Source: a virus
Lineage: Duplodnaviria; Heunggongvirae; Uroviricota; Caudoviricetes
Direction: 5' to 3' (one strand)
Length of the DNA stretch: 64,000 nucleotides
Virus record (IMG/VR): IMGVR_UViG_2855308460_000004
The translations under genes were made by a program, and so were the position numbers. Positions 47,695 to 58,376 of this stretch are shown piece by piece. The notes beneath the pieces were generated by a model. That model was not told where the DNA came from. It worked only from the letters and a program-made list of their open reading frames with translations, and searched no databases. Within the stretch, counting starts at the first letter, position 1; every line of letters starts with the position of its first letter.

Positions 47695-48861
47695 ATGATC
47701 CCTATTAAAATATACGATAGAGGAATTACACATAATGGAACTTTTCATGCAGATGATGTTTTGTCTACATGTCTACTAATGTTGTTAAATCCTAAGTTTA
47801 CATACAAACGCGTAAATATTGTCCCAGAAGAATATATAGGAATTGTATACGATATTGGAGGCGGAACATATGACCATCATGGAGAAATAAAGAAAAGAAG
47901 TAACGGGAAAACTTATGCAGCGTTTGGGCTATTGTGGAATGATTATGGCACTGTTTTTATGAATAAAAGCAATGCCGATTTGTTTGACGATGTATTCGTT
48001 TCTGAGATAGATAAATGTGATACATCATCAAATACAAATATGCTAACCTCATCAATTGAATATTTTAATCCAAATTGGAATTCTGAAGTTTCATCCGATG
48101 AGGCTTTTTCAAAAGCAGTTAGTACATTTTATCCTGTTTTAAAAGCATTAATTGAACATTTTAGTAATTCAACATTTGTTCCAAGATTCTGCAAAACAAT
48201 GAATGTAGATATATTAATCGCATTAGAAAATATAAACAGAAGACATTACCATAACGAAAACAGGATACATTATGATAGTGTCAATAATGCATGGAATTTA
48301 TACTACAAGGAAATACTTATGGATGAAGATAATGATATGTTTGTAAATACCTTTACTTCACAGGTAAATAAAACATATGGAAAATACAAAACTTCACCAT
48401 TTATATTGGGACTTTCAGTATTACAAAGAAGAAAAAGAATTGAAATTCTGGAGCATATTATTATAGAACGCATTAACAGTATCAACTCACTTGTCCCAGC
48501 AAGAGTGGAATGTGAACGTATTTATCAGGAATCCTTACGGAAAGACCTGTTAGTATTTGACCGATATATACCTAATGCCTCATTATCATCAAATCATGAG
48601 GATGTCAAAGGGATTATATTTCCATCAGAAAGAGGCGTTAATGTATTATTATTAGAGATGAGCGAGAGAGAGAAGATTAAAAACGGAATTGATCCTAAAA
48701 AAGGATGCAGAAGGTTATACTTCCCGGAGAAATTAAGAGGTAAGGATCGGGAGGAATTGGAAACTTTTAGTAAAGGGTTGTTCTTTGTTCACTCATCCGG
48801 ACATATTGCCGGTTGTGAAAATCTAGATGATGCCATTCATTTTTTTAATAAAATTTCATAA
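47695..48861 (+). CDS. MYG1/UPF0160-family metal-dependent hydrolase (3'-5' exonuclease family)
   Basis: THNGTFHADD, DIGGGTYDHHG, FFVHSSGHIAGC. Confidence 0.75.
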   Translation: MIPIKIYDRGITHNGTFHADDVLSTCLLMLLNPKFTYKRVNIVPEEYIGIVYDIGGGTYDHHGEIKKRSNGKTYAAFGLLWNDYGTVFMNKSNADLFDDVFVSEIDKCDTSSNTNMLTSSIEYFNPNWNSEVSSDEAFSKAVSTFYPVLKALIEHFSNSTFVPRFCKTMNVDILIALENINRRHYHNENRIHYDSVNNAWNLYYKEILMDEDNDMFVNTFTSQVNKTYGKYKTSPFILGLSVLQRRKRIEILEHIIIERINSINSLVPARVECERIYQESLRKDLLVFDRYIPNASLSSNHEDVKGIIFPSERGVNVLLLEMSEREKIKNGIDPKKGCRRLYFPEKLRGKDREELETFSKGLFFVHSSGHIAGCENLDDAIHFFNKIS

Positions 48862-49421
48862 AGTCTTACATACTATTATAAAGTGAACTGCCTGATCAAA
48901 AGTTGTTACTTCGATTAGGTGCAGTCTCACGTTTATATAGATCTGCGTTAGCAGCGTGAATTTATGGATATTCAGTTATCGTGAATTCATGGTTATCCAA
49001 GGGCCTTAGTGCCCTTGATTTTTTTGTTTAAAATAGTCTGTTCTGATTTTCAATAAAAAAGACCTATACTCATAAATGTATAGGTCTTCATTTATTTTTA
49101 AACCATAAGCTTATGAATTTTTCCACATGGAACAAGCTGTAAATCTTTCGGATTTTTCTGGTTATATTCCTTAATATGCGGAATCTGCTGGTCCATCTTC
49201 CGGATCATATTATCTGCAGTATGTAGCCTCCGTACCATGTCCTGTTTTACCATTTGCTTCATAACACGTGATTTTTGCTTCATAGCTTCTTTTTTTAAAT
49301 TCATAATAAACCTCCTGTTTTAATTTGTCATTAATAGTATGTTTGAAACAAAAGAATAGCTAACTTTTTTTTGTTAAAAAAAATTAGCATACTATTAAAA
49401 ATATGAAAAAAGGAGAATGAT

Positions 49422-49838
49422 ATGAAACATAAACTTACGAGAAAACAAATGATTGAACTAAAACAATTTTGTCCAAATTTAAAAATCGGAGGAAGTTGTT
49501 GGGCCAGATGTCCATATCGTGAAAATGGAAGGTGTGAACTTAACTCTGATGATGTTCTTGCATTAGCGATTAAATATCTGGCAGAGGAAGGAAAAGAAGA
49601 TGAGAGTGAGCTGGCTCCAATTGATGTGAATGTTAATTATTCCATTAATGGAAAAACCATAACACAAGATACAGACGTGGAGGTAAATGGATATTGCAGA
49701 AATATCTCATCAACCGTAAAAGTGAGAGGAAATATTGAGTTTATGTCATCAGAAAAATTTACAATCTGTGAAAATGGGCCAGGAAATAAGTCATATGATT
49801 TTTATTTAGAAGACGTTCCAATGGTAAGAGTGATTTGA
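49422..49838 (+). CDS. Hypothetical protein with Cys residues (138 aa)
   Basis: RBS aaaggaga. Confidence 0.45.
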   Translation: MKHKLTRKQMIELKQFCPNLKIGGSCWARCPYRENGRCELNSDDVLALAIKYLAEEGKEDESELAPIDVNVNYSINGKTITQDTDVEVNGYCRNISSTVKVRGNIEFMSSEKFTICENGPGNKSYDFYLEDVPMVRVI

Positions 49839-49988
49839 AATGTATTATTTACGAAATACTTTTGTAACAATTTGTAACATTTTAGAAGTGTTCTTTCATA
49901 CTAACTAAGTGTGAAAAACACTAAAAATGAAAAAGGAGAGATTGATATAGTATTATTAAGAAATAGTACTCATATCATAAAAACGTAC

Positions 49989-50657
49989 ATGAATAAACAT
50001 CTAAAACAATTTAATAAAAACTTTTTAAGGTGTGGTTTAACCATAGGATTGATTACATCGATGAATGTAACTCCTGTATTCGCAGATACAACAGCACAGG
50101 TATCGAATACAGAAGATTATATTGTGGTTAATGAGCTATCAGAAGAAGAAATAAACATAGTTGAAGATGCAATCGCTATAAATGACCCGGATTATCAAAA
50201 AGATGGTGTAGTATTGAATGGGATTACATATTACACCATAAACGACAACGGCTATCAGGCTTACCTATCAGAAGATTTGCAGGATTGGGTATATCAGATG
50301 TGCGCAGAATACGGGATACCTGGATATGAAAAACTAATAATTTCAAAATTATACTGTGAATCAGGTTTTAATCCAAATGTAAAACATAGGAATAAAAATG
50401 GAACGGTGGATTATGGAATCGCCCAGATTAATTCCAGTAATCACGGCTGGTTAAGAAAAACCCTTGGAATCACGGATTTTATGGATCCATATCAATCAAT
50501 CAGATGTGGAGTCTATATGATGTCAGAAAATCTCAAGAAAAACGGTTTTAATGAGAGTATGGCACTTGTTGCTTATAATACAGGCAAAAATGGAATTTCC
50601 TCGACCTCATATTCAAGGAAGGTATTAAGAATCAAGGATGCCGCTTTGGCATGTTAA
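49989..50657 (+). CDS. Secreted lytic transglycosylase (SLT domain)
   Basis: Signal peptide; ESGFNPN…DYGIAQINSSN. Confidence 0.65.
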   Translation: MNKHLKQFNKNFLRCGLTIGLITSMNVTPVFADTTAQVSNTEDYIVVNELSEEEINIVEDAIAINDPDYQKDGVVLNGITYYTINDNGYQAYLSEDLQDWVYQMCAEYGIPGYEKLIISKLYCESGFNPNVKHRNKNGTVDYGIAQINSSNHGWLRKTLGITDFMDPYQSIRCGVYMMSENLKKNGFNESMALVAYNTGKNGISSTSYSRKVLRIKDAALAC

Positions 50658-51135
50658 AATATATTTATAGGCCTAACTTTTATTACATATTACCCTTATA
50701 AACGAATATGTGGAGGGAAAATATGAGCGCTATCTTATTTATTGTGGTTGTGGTATTATGGAGCATGGAGGCATGGAACTTAAGGAACAAGAAGTTTACA
50801 ATTTATCTTCCGGTCTTTAAAATTAAGAAAACAAGAAATAAGAAAAAAGTATTCAAAACCTATCGATATGTCGAAACCAAGAACGGTTCCAGATGTATTG
50901 AGGAACAGAGATACCGGGTTATATAAAGATGTCATCTGACATCTTTTTTTGTTGGACATATAGTTAAATCCAATGAGTTATATATGGCATACTATTGGAA
51001 CTAACATTTTAATAAATTCTAAGATTAATTAAGTTGAATTATTTTTTAAAAAGAAAAATCAACTCTTTTGAGAAAATGTTTGCATAATAATATTGGAATA
51101 GTTATAAGAAAAAAAATAATGAAAGGATCTTATAT

Positions 51136-52626
51136 ATGAATGAGGATAGAGTATATAAAGTACTTATGGCTACTGGAATCAAAGACCTAGATTCCAGTGT
51201 GGCAGAACTAACTAACTGTGAGGTTGTAGGCATTTCAAAGACAAAAGAAGATTTATATGTAGACATTCATAACCATAAACCACAGGTTGTTATTGTTTCT
51301 GATTTATTGGATGGAGAAGGTGTGCTATCAGGAATGTTACCACCATTAAAGAGGGAGTTCCATTATACCCGGTTTATTTATCTGGCAGGCCAGCTTAATC
51401 CAAGGGACCAGGAAAGAATTGATGAACTGGGCAAATTGGTATTGAATGGGATTTATGATATATGTATTGCTAAAGTCCTAAATCTGGAGCTTTTAGATAA
51501 TTTGATCAAAAATCCAAAGACAGAAGAGGCGGTATCCTATTTGGCAAAAAATATTCTTAACAATACAGAGACAATGGAGCAGTTTGATGTACCGATTTCT
51601 GGCTTAGTCCAGGCAAAGAATATTGGAAAGGGAAGTATTGACAATGTTTATGTGTTTACTTCTGTTAAGCCAGGTACTGGAAAATCTTTCTTATCAGTTA
51701 ATACAGCATGTGCAATAGCAAAATATGGAGTATGTAAGGAGCACGGAGATAAACCAAGGATTGCATTGGTGGAAGCAGATTTGCAGACATTATCAATTGG
51801 AACAATATTAAACATTAAAGAAGACAAGAAAAAAAACATGAAAACGGCAATGGAAGCAATCAGCACAATCTTCGATAAAGGAAATCTTGTAGGTGATGAT
51901 TCTTCCATTATGCTTGTCAATAAACTAATTCGGGATTGCATGGTACCATATGACGGATTGGATAATCTGCATGTGCTTGCTGGATCCACATTAACACCAG
52001 AAGAAATTGATTCACTAAAGATTTCATCCGAATATTATATTTATCTACTTGAGGTGTTAAAGAAGGAATACGACATTGTGATAATTGATACAAATTCATC
52101 CATGATGCACATAACCACCTATCCGTTACTGCAGAAGGCAGAACGATGCTTTTATATTATGAACTTGGATATTAATAATGTCCGAAATAATTTAAGATAT
52201 TTAGGCGTATTGAAGAAACTAAACCTGACGGACAAAATTAATTGGATCTTGAATGAAAATATAGAGAATAATAAGAAATTTAAGGAACAGGGAATAGACG
52301 TTGAAAAGCTCCATTTTACTGCGGAAGACCTTGAAACAAAATATAGGATGAACTTTGTTGCTAAGATTCCTGCTATCTCAAAAACAATTTTTCTAAACCG
52401 TGTATATGATGGCACGCCTTTGGTACTAGATGAAGATAATGTTACATATACATTGGATGCTAAAAGGGAATTACTGAATTTGGCGGATATTATATGGAAA
52501 ATAGAAAAAGAGGTACCTTCGGCTCCCGAAAAAAAGAGTGGAGGTTTCTTTGGGCTTTTTTCAAAAAAGGATAAGAAGGAACCAAAACCACCTAAGACGA
52601 AAAAAAATAAGAAGGAGGAAAATTAA
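51136..52626 (+). CDS. ParA/MinD/CpaE-family P-loop ATPase with an N-terminal receiver-like domain and a basic C-terminal tail
   Basis: Deviant Walker A SVKPGTGKSF; VIIDTNSS; 496 aa. Confidence 0.5.
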   Translation: MNEDRVYKVLMATGIKDLDSSVAELTNCEVVGISKTKEDLYVDIHNHKPQVVIVSDLLDGEGVLSGMLPPLKREFHYTRFIYLAGQLNPRDQERIDELGKLVLNGIYDICIAKVLNLELLDNLIKNPKTEEAVSYLAKNILNNTETMEQFDVPISGLVQAKNIGKGSIDNVYVFTSVKPGTGKSFLSVNTACAIAKYGVCKEHGDKPRIALVEADLQTLSIGTILNIKEDKKKNMKTAMEAISTIFDKGNLVGDDSSIMLVNKLIRDCMVPYDGLDNLHVLAGSTLTPEEIDSLKISSEYYIYLLEVLKKEYDIVIIDTNSSMMHITTYPLLQKAERCFYIMNLDINNVRNNLRYLGVLKKLNLTDKINWILNENIENNKKFKEQGIDVEKLHFTAEDLETKYRMNFVAKIPAISKTIFLNRVYDGTPLVLDEDNVTYTLDAKRELLNLADIIWKIEKEVPSAPEKKSGGFFGLFSKKDKKEPKPPKTKKNKKEEN

Positions 52627-52628
52627 CA

Positions 52629-54971
52629 ATGATTTCAAAAAAAGACAAAATCCAAAAACTTGCACTGACACTTAAGGAGTCTGATATTCTGATGAAAGAA
52701 CTGGAGGCGGAAAGGGATGAATCCTTACAAAACATCCGGTTCGATGGAGAAGAAGAGCTCCTTGAACAGTATTATAAGAAAAGCCTGACATCAGTCTACC
52801 GTATCAGGAATAACGCTGCTGCATTGCTATTAAGGAGTAACTGCTCCTGCTTGGTGTCGGAAGATAACACAAAAATATACTTATATGTAGATGATAGAGT
52901 ATGTGAGTTTTCCATACCGACCATTAAAAATATACTTCAAGGTGATTTTGATAAGATACTAGAAAAAAACCGTACAGAGAATCCTGTCATAATATATTTA
53001 GAGATGCCGAATCAGACAAATATGGGAAAGACAATGGAGGCCAGTCCTATAGTAGATGCATCTGTAAAACCAGAAAAACCAAATAAAATGATGCAGAAAG
53101 AAAATAAACCATCTGATAACAAGTCGGTCATAACGGTTAAACCAAAGGTGGATATTAAACCAGAGAGAATGGCTAATGACAACAAACAGGACACAGCTAT
53201 ATTAAAACCTAAGGAAATAAAGAAAGTAAAAGAAGACATAAGTGATGGTATGGATGATTTCTTGTGGGAAGATGAACCCAGAAAAGATATTAGTGCAGTG
53301 ATTGCAAAACCAGCCGGTCCTGAGGTTATGAAAGAAACAGACCAGCCCGCTAAGCAAAAGGCTGAAAAAATCCCTACATGTTTGCAAGAAACCAACATGG
53401 ATGAAAAGAAGCCAGAATTAGAACAAACTAAAAATATACCTTACATGGATACCGATTTTAATAAAAAGGAACAGCCTTTACAGAAAAAAGATAATGATAC
53501 TGTCACGGATAAATCAATTGATGATGAACCTCTTTGGGATATTGACGATGATTTATTTAGTCCTGGAACTGTTGATAAAATAAACGAAAGTGAAAAACCA
53601 GTATTAACCATTAAGGAAAATATAAAAGAAAAACGCAAGATTCATATCGCTCCGGTAAAGAATAAAGAAGTACATGCTAACGAGGATTTACATGCAAAAT
53701 ATCCTTTACAGAATAAAGAAGATGATTTCATATTTGGCCATGAGGAATCGCTAGTATGGAATGATGATGAAGATATGGGATTGGAAGAACAGGATGATAA
53801 AACATCAAAGACACAAGCGAAACCATTTCAATCTCATGATAATTCAGACACATCAAGTACTTCAAAGCCACTACAATCAAAACCTAATGATGTAATTAAA
53901 AAAAATACAGATGAGATAGAAAAGGAAAATACAGAACGGTTCCGGTTTGATAAGTTAGTAAATGATACTGAAGACGTAAATGAAGAGGAGATAACTACCC
54001 AACCGATTTTTAGTTCAGAAACAATTGACATGGATCCAGAGGAAATTCTTAAAAAATTGAAGAATACCAAATCAATCCGTGAACAGGCTGAAATTGAACA
54101 ACGGATTTTAAGTGAAGCTAATACGGAAGTTTCAAGTGGAGCCATCTTTGATATGTCAACTGGCAAGAAACAGACAGGAAACATTGATGTAGAGCGTGAA
54201 GCAAACAAAATTGGTGAGGTAGCAGAAGGCGTCATTAGTACATCCAAAAAAGATACGTTAGTGGATAAAAAACTGGAACTTGATTTAACATCAGCTGGAA
54301 CATCAAACCGATATGCAATACAACCAGAATCTGATTATAAAAGAAAACATTCTGCTTTCTTGTATGATAAATGTAAACTTAGGATTAGCATGTATGACGA
54401 ATCAGATGAACTTATCAAGACAGAAGAGGCAGAATTAATTATATTCCCGTTAAAAATTCCCGAGTCTGGTAATTCATTAGTTACAGATATCTGTGCATAT
54501 CTAGAAGCAGATGGTGAATCACATATAGCAGCTGTCTCGCCTGGTGGAAAGACAACCGTGACAATTAAATCAGATGAATATGCAATATTTATAAGAGGGT
54601 CTTGGGAAAATGGAAACTTTATAACAGCCATTTCGGTCATTGGTGTAGGTACGAATGTTAAAGCAGATATTCAGAAAGATGAAATACGCCCAGAAAATCT
54701 TATGGAAGCGGGTATAGGACATAACGTTCTTTACATAGATCATATAACAACCGTCCATATCATGCCGCGAGAAGAAAAGAATAACCTATATGAAGGTGAT
54801 TATGTTGATTTCATTGCAGTAATCGTAAGAGACTATGGAATTGATCAGGACTGTGAAACGGCATACACAAATCATGATGTTGAAATGAAAATTAAAGGTG
54901 AACGATATAAATACAATTTAATTGGTAAGTGGGATAATGAGGAATTCAGATTGAAATTAATGGCAAAATAA
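52629..54971 (+). CDS. Large hypothetical protein (780 aa) with a long acidic/Lys-rich low-complexity centre carrying repeated [DE]-rich-Trp motifs and a globular C-terminal domain
   Basis: Immediately follows the ParA-like gene; motifs DDFLWEDEP, DEPLWDIDDDLF, ESLVWNDDEDMG. Confidence 0.5.
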   Translation: MISKKDKIQKLALTLKESDILMKELEAERDESLQNIRFDGEEELLEQYYKKSLTSVYRIRNNAAALLLRSNCSCLVSEDNTKIYLYVDDRVCEFSIPTIKNILQGDFDKILEKNRTENPVIIYLEMPNQTNMGKTMEASPIVDASVKPEKPNKMMQKENKPSDNKSVITVKPKVDIKPERMANDNKQDTAILKPKEIKKVKEDISDGMDDFLWEDEPRKDISAVIAKPAGPEVMKETDQPAKQKAEKIPTCLQETNMDEKKPELEQTKNIPYMDTDFNKKEQPLQKKDNDTVTDKSIDDEPLWDIDDDLFSPGTVDKINESEKPVLTIKENIKEKRKIHIAPVKNKEVHANEDLHAKYPLQNKEDDFIFGHEESLVWNDDEDMGLEEQDDKTSKTQAKPFQSHDNSDTSSTSKPLQSKPNDVIKKNTDEIEKENTERFRFDKLVNDTEDVNEEEITTQPIFSSETIDMDPEEILKKLKNTKSIREQAEIEQRILSEANTEVSSGAIFDMSTGKKQTGNIDVEREANKIGEVAEGVISTSKKDTLVDKKLELDLTSAGTSNRYAIQPESDYKRKHSAFLYDKCKLRISMYDESDELIKTEEAELIIFPLKIPESGNSLVTDICAYLEADGESHIAAVSPGGKTTVTIKSDEYAIFIRGSWENGNFITAISVIGVGTNVKADIQKDEIRPENLMEAGIGHNVLYIDHITTVHIMPREEKNNLYEGDYVDFIAVIVRDYGIDQDCETAYTNHDVEMKIKGERYKYNLIGKWDNEEFRLKLMAK

Positions 54972-54997
54972 AAAGCGGTAATTAAACCGCTTTTTCT
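54972..54997. terminator. Bidirectional terminator
   Basis: gcggt-aattaa-accgc flanked by A and T runs. Confidence 0.6.
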
Positions 54998-55326
54998 TTT
55001 GACTGGATGAATACATAGAAGGATACGCAAACAGCAAATTTTTGTGTAAGATATCTTGCCTGGAAATCGTATCCTAACATGTTTGTAATCGTCAGATACA
55101 TTGTTTTGATGGAATCAGCTAATTGTGCATGATATTCCGTAAGTCTACTGGAATACCATGACCCAGCCTTCCATACAAGCTCGGTCATTTCGTTGAACAT
55201 AGACTTAATCGCTGATAAATCACTGGAGCTCAAATTATTAAATTTTTCGTTGAACAATCTTAAGTACATATCATTGATTGTCCTATTTTTCATTACCTCT
55301 TCAATTTTTTCGATGTCGATTAACAT
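54982..55326 (-). CDS. Hypothetical protein (114 aa)
   Basis: ORF. Confidence 0.45.
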   Translation of the reverse strand: MLIDIEKIEEVMKNRTINDMYLRLFNEKFNNLSSSDLSAIKSMFNEMTELVWKAGSWYSSRLTEYHAQLADSIKTMYLTITNMLGYDFQARYLTQKFAVCVSFYVFIQSKEKAV

Positions 55327-55524
55327 TACTCAGTCTATGACTCCTTTCAAGTTATTTCTCCACATATCGTTATCAATTATAATAATGTAAATAAAAAAAG
55401 TAGAATAACTGAATAAATGAGATTTATCGAATCACAAATAAATATAAAAGAGTGTGGCAAATAAGGTTTCAAATACATAGGTTTAAAAATATTCTGTCAT
55501 ACTAAGTCTAGAGGAGGGTGTAAG

Positions 55525-56454
55525 ATGGGTTTTTTAGATAAACTATTATTAAAGAAAAAAGACAAAGAAGGTATCTCTGAAAAAGATTTATTAACGAGAT
55601 TGGATGAAAAAGGAATCATATACGCATTATCAGAGACGGATAATGGTTATCAAATGACGTACCTTGATACGTTTGACAAAGAGAAATTTGTTATAGTCAA
55701 AGATGGCGATAAATACAGGATTAATGGAAAAAGTGTATCCGAGGAGGAGATAGAAGAAATACTCGATAAACAACATAAGTTAGATAATGAAATGGAAGTT
55801 TTGCTATATGATCCAGATTATGAGAAATTAATGCTAATATACGATTTTTTAATAAAGGCCATCCCTAAAAATATAATAACCATAGATTTTGCATTATCAC
55901 CAAAAGGAGATCTTACGTTATTATTTTCAGAACCAGAGTCACGCCCTTTTACATCAATCCATATGGACAGTAAAACAAAGAAACTTGTGTATGATAAAAC
56001 AAGAGAGGTATTGAATAAAAATAATATACTGATACGGATTATAAAAGATATAAAAAAACAATTGCCTCTATTTTTCGATGCAGGAGAATTTAAAATTCCG
56101 GAACAGACTCCTTTTACAGATGTTGTAAAGACTTTTTTTGTGAATGAAGCCTTGATAGAAAGATTAAATAAGACAAAAAACATCGAAGCGAAGTTAATAG
56201 AATTTTCAGGAAACACTACAATCTTTATTATATTTAAGAATGGATCGGCCATGGAATACATTTCACCAACAAAACAGAATCCAGCAGGGAAACTTTTATT
56301 GATGGATGTCGATGAAGATACAACATTAGAAGATAATGAAGAATATTGGTTAGTCCAGAAAATATTAAAATTACCATCTTGTCTAGATGGTAAGCCAGAT
56401 GAAGAGAACATGCCTATCCGTAATTTTAAGAACAGAAAAAGCCTGAAAGTATAA
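55525..56454 (+). CDS. Hypothetical protein (309 aa)
   Basis: RBS gaggagggtg. Confidence 0.5.
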   Translation: MGFLDKLLLKKKDKEGISEKDLLTRLDEKGIIYALSETDNGYQMTYLDTFDKEKFVIVKDGDKYRINGKSVSEEEIEEILDKQHKLDNEMEVLLYDPDYEKLMLIYDFLIKAIPKNIITIDFALSPKGDLTLLFSEPESRPFTSIHMDSKTKKLVYDKTREVLNKNNILIRIIKDIKKQLPLFFDAGEFKIPEQTPFTDVVKTFFVNEALIERLNKTKNIEAKLIEFSGNTTIFIIFKNGSAMEYISPTKQNPAGKLLLMDVDEDTTLEDNEEYWLVQKILKLPSCLDGKPDEENMPIRNFKNRKSLKV

Positions 56455-56466
56455 TCAGGCTTTTAT

Positions 56467-57306
56467 TTATATGTCATATAACCAGTTATCATTAATCTGT
56501 GATATTTCATCTTTCGAAGCGACTTTACAATAAATATTTTCTACTGATATATATCGTAGTCTGAATTCATTTTTTAGTTCTTCAGCCAAACTTTCTCTTT
56601 GGTCCGGATTAACGCAAGACATGAGCGGATGTTCAAATAATTTACAGTCTGCGACAAGTCTTTTATAAAATTCCATTTTCTCCTTAGCCTTACTTTTAAC
56701 AATATCAAAATAAATATTGCGTGGTAATGAACTAAAGAGCTTTCCTTGTGTCTGTATTTCCAGATACGAAACTTTATTTAATTGATTCTCCGTATATACA
56801 TCAAAATTAGTATCCCGTTTTAGTCCATATGTATCAGAAAGCTGCGATTCATCATAACTTGCAAGATAAATATTCAAAAAAAGATTTGGCTCTAATCCAA
56901 GTTCCTTTAACTCATCTACAAATATCCCAAATTCTTCTTGTGTTCCCTTTTTTCTTTTACGTTTTGAATATTCCGAATCAGAAATAACGAAGAGCTCCTC
57001 ACCGCCGCATGATTCTGCTGCAATTTTTAGGATTTGAATGAAATCTTTTTTAATGTCCAGATTTAGAAACCCTGATATTAAGTCGAATCCATTGCCAAAA
57101 CCATGGCAGCTATGGCAGTAGAAAGCTTTTTTAAAGGTCTCGCCTAACACACAGTTATTTATATGGCGATCCTTGGAACCAGTTTCTCGTTCATGGACAG
57201 GACATTCTATGAATATGGTTTTCCCTGATTCTTTTGTGGGAATACCAAGATACTTTACAATTCCCATAGGAGAGGCTTCCTCAACAATCAAGTCAATATC
57301 ATACAT
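56467..57306 (-). CDS. CHC2 zinc-finger (DnaG primase N-terminal-like) domain protein
   Basis: CPVHERETGS…YCHSCHGFGNGFDLI. Confidence 0.45.
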   Translation of the reverse strand: MYDIDLIVEEASPMGIVKYLGIPTKESGKTIFIECPVHERETGSKDRHINNCVLGETFKKAFYCHSCHGFGNGFDLISGFLNLDIKKDFIQILKIAAESCGGEELFVISDSEYSKRKRKKGTQEEFGIFVDELKELGLEPNLFLNIYLASYDESQLSDTYGLKRDTNFDVYTENQLNKVSYLEIQTQGKLFSSLPRNIYFDIVKSKAKEKMEFYKRLVADCKLFEHPLMSCVNPDQRESLAEELKNEFRLRYISVENIYCKVASKDEISQINDNWLYDI

Positions 57307-57381
57307 ACATTTCCTCCTTCTAAGTCAAGATATTAGTATAATGCGATATAAAAGATTATAATAAAAACGGCATTGCTGCCG

Positions 57382-58185
57382 TTAAACCTCTCCATTAAAA
57401 AAGTTATTCAGTTCTTTGCTTCTCTTAAGCTTATTCATCGCATTGGATTTTATTTTATAAACATATTGTCTTGATACACCAAGTTCAAGTGCGAGATCTG
57501 TTAATTTTCGTACATGACCATTAATCCCAAAAGTATTGATGATTACATACTGTTCCAAAGGTTTTAATCGACTTTGGATTTCATGCTTTATCATCTTTTT
57601 TAACTCTTCATTAATGATGAGAGTCTCAATCGGCTCATTGAATATTAAATCACTATTCTCATCCATGGAAGCGAAGGTTCCGTTTTCCGTAAGGGAATCT
57701 AATGAATAGCATGCCTCTCTTTTGTATTTTTGTACTGTCTCTACATCTTTTACTGTTAGGTTAAACTGTTCTAACTCCTCTTCAGTGAAACAGGACTTTT
57801 TTGTAGAACTAACCAGTTTATCATATTTCCTGAGTTTATCATAAAAAGTAGAATTATAGTGAAAATCTGAATTATTCTTAGATGTTTTATCTCTCATTTC
57901 TGCACGTATCCAGCTAAAGGCATGCGTCGTAAATGAGGCCTTTGTTTCATCGTATGTAGCTAGTGCATTTATCATGCCAACAATTCCATCCTGAAACAAA
58001 TCATCTTCAGAATAATTGGATGTTTTATATTGATGAGCTAATTTGCTAATAAGTCGATAATTGTGAGCCAGTAGTTTTTCTTTTGCTTCAACATCTCCTT
58101 GTTTAGCTAGGATAGCTAAACGGTTATTCTCATCATGTCCTAAAATACATTTTTTTACCATATCTTCTTTTATGTCTTGATTCAT
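57382..58185 (-). CDS. Sigma-70 family RNA polymerase sigma factor
   Basis: Region 2-like HAFSWIRAEM and a C-terminal region 4 HTH LTDLALELGVSRQYVYKIK. Confidence 0.6.
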   Translation of the reverse strand: MNQDIKEDMVKKCILGHDENNRLAILAKQGDVEAKEKLLAHNYRLISKLAHQYKTSNYSEDDLFQDGIVGMINALATYDETKASFTTHAFSWIRAEMRDKTSKNNSDFHYNSTFYDKLRKYDKLVSSTKKSCFTEEELEQFNLTVKDVETVQKYKREACYSLDSLTENGTFASMDENSDLIFNEPIETLIINEELKKMIKHEIQSRLKPLEQYVIINTFGINGHVRKLTDLALELGVSRQYVYKIKSNAMNKLKRSKELNNFFNGEV

Positions 58186-58376
58186 AGTTTATTTATTAAA
58201 GCCATCTTCTTTGGATTTATAATTGAACTTGCATATTTTTTTAGGAATTTCATCTGACTTTAATTTTCCTCCTTTTTTCATATTTGCTTTTAATATGTCG
58301 ATTATTTAAACAAAACAATTTTGTTTTTTATTCCAAATCATCCAAAAAGCAGATACTATACTTGGAGGTGAATATT

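Noticed and set aside
53012-54247. Several minus ORFs (53012..53398, 53834..54247, others)
   Set aside because: Antisense to the low-complexity middle of the 780-aa gene; repeat-driven open frames.
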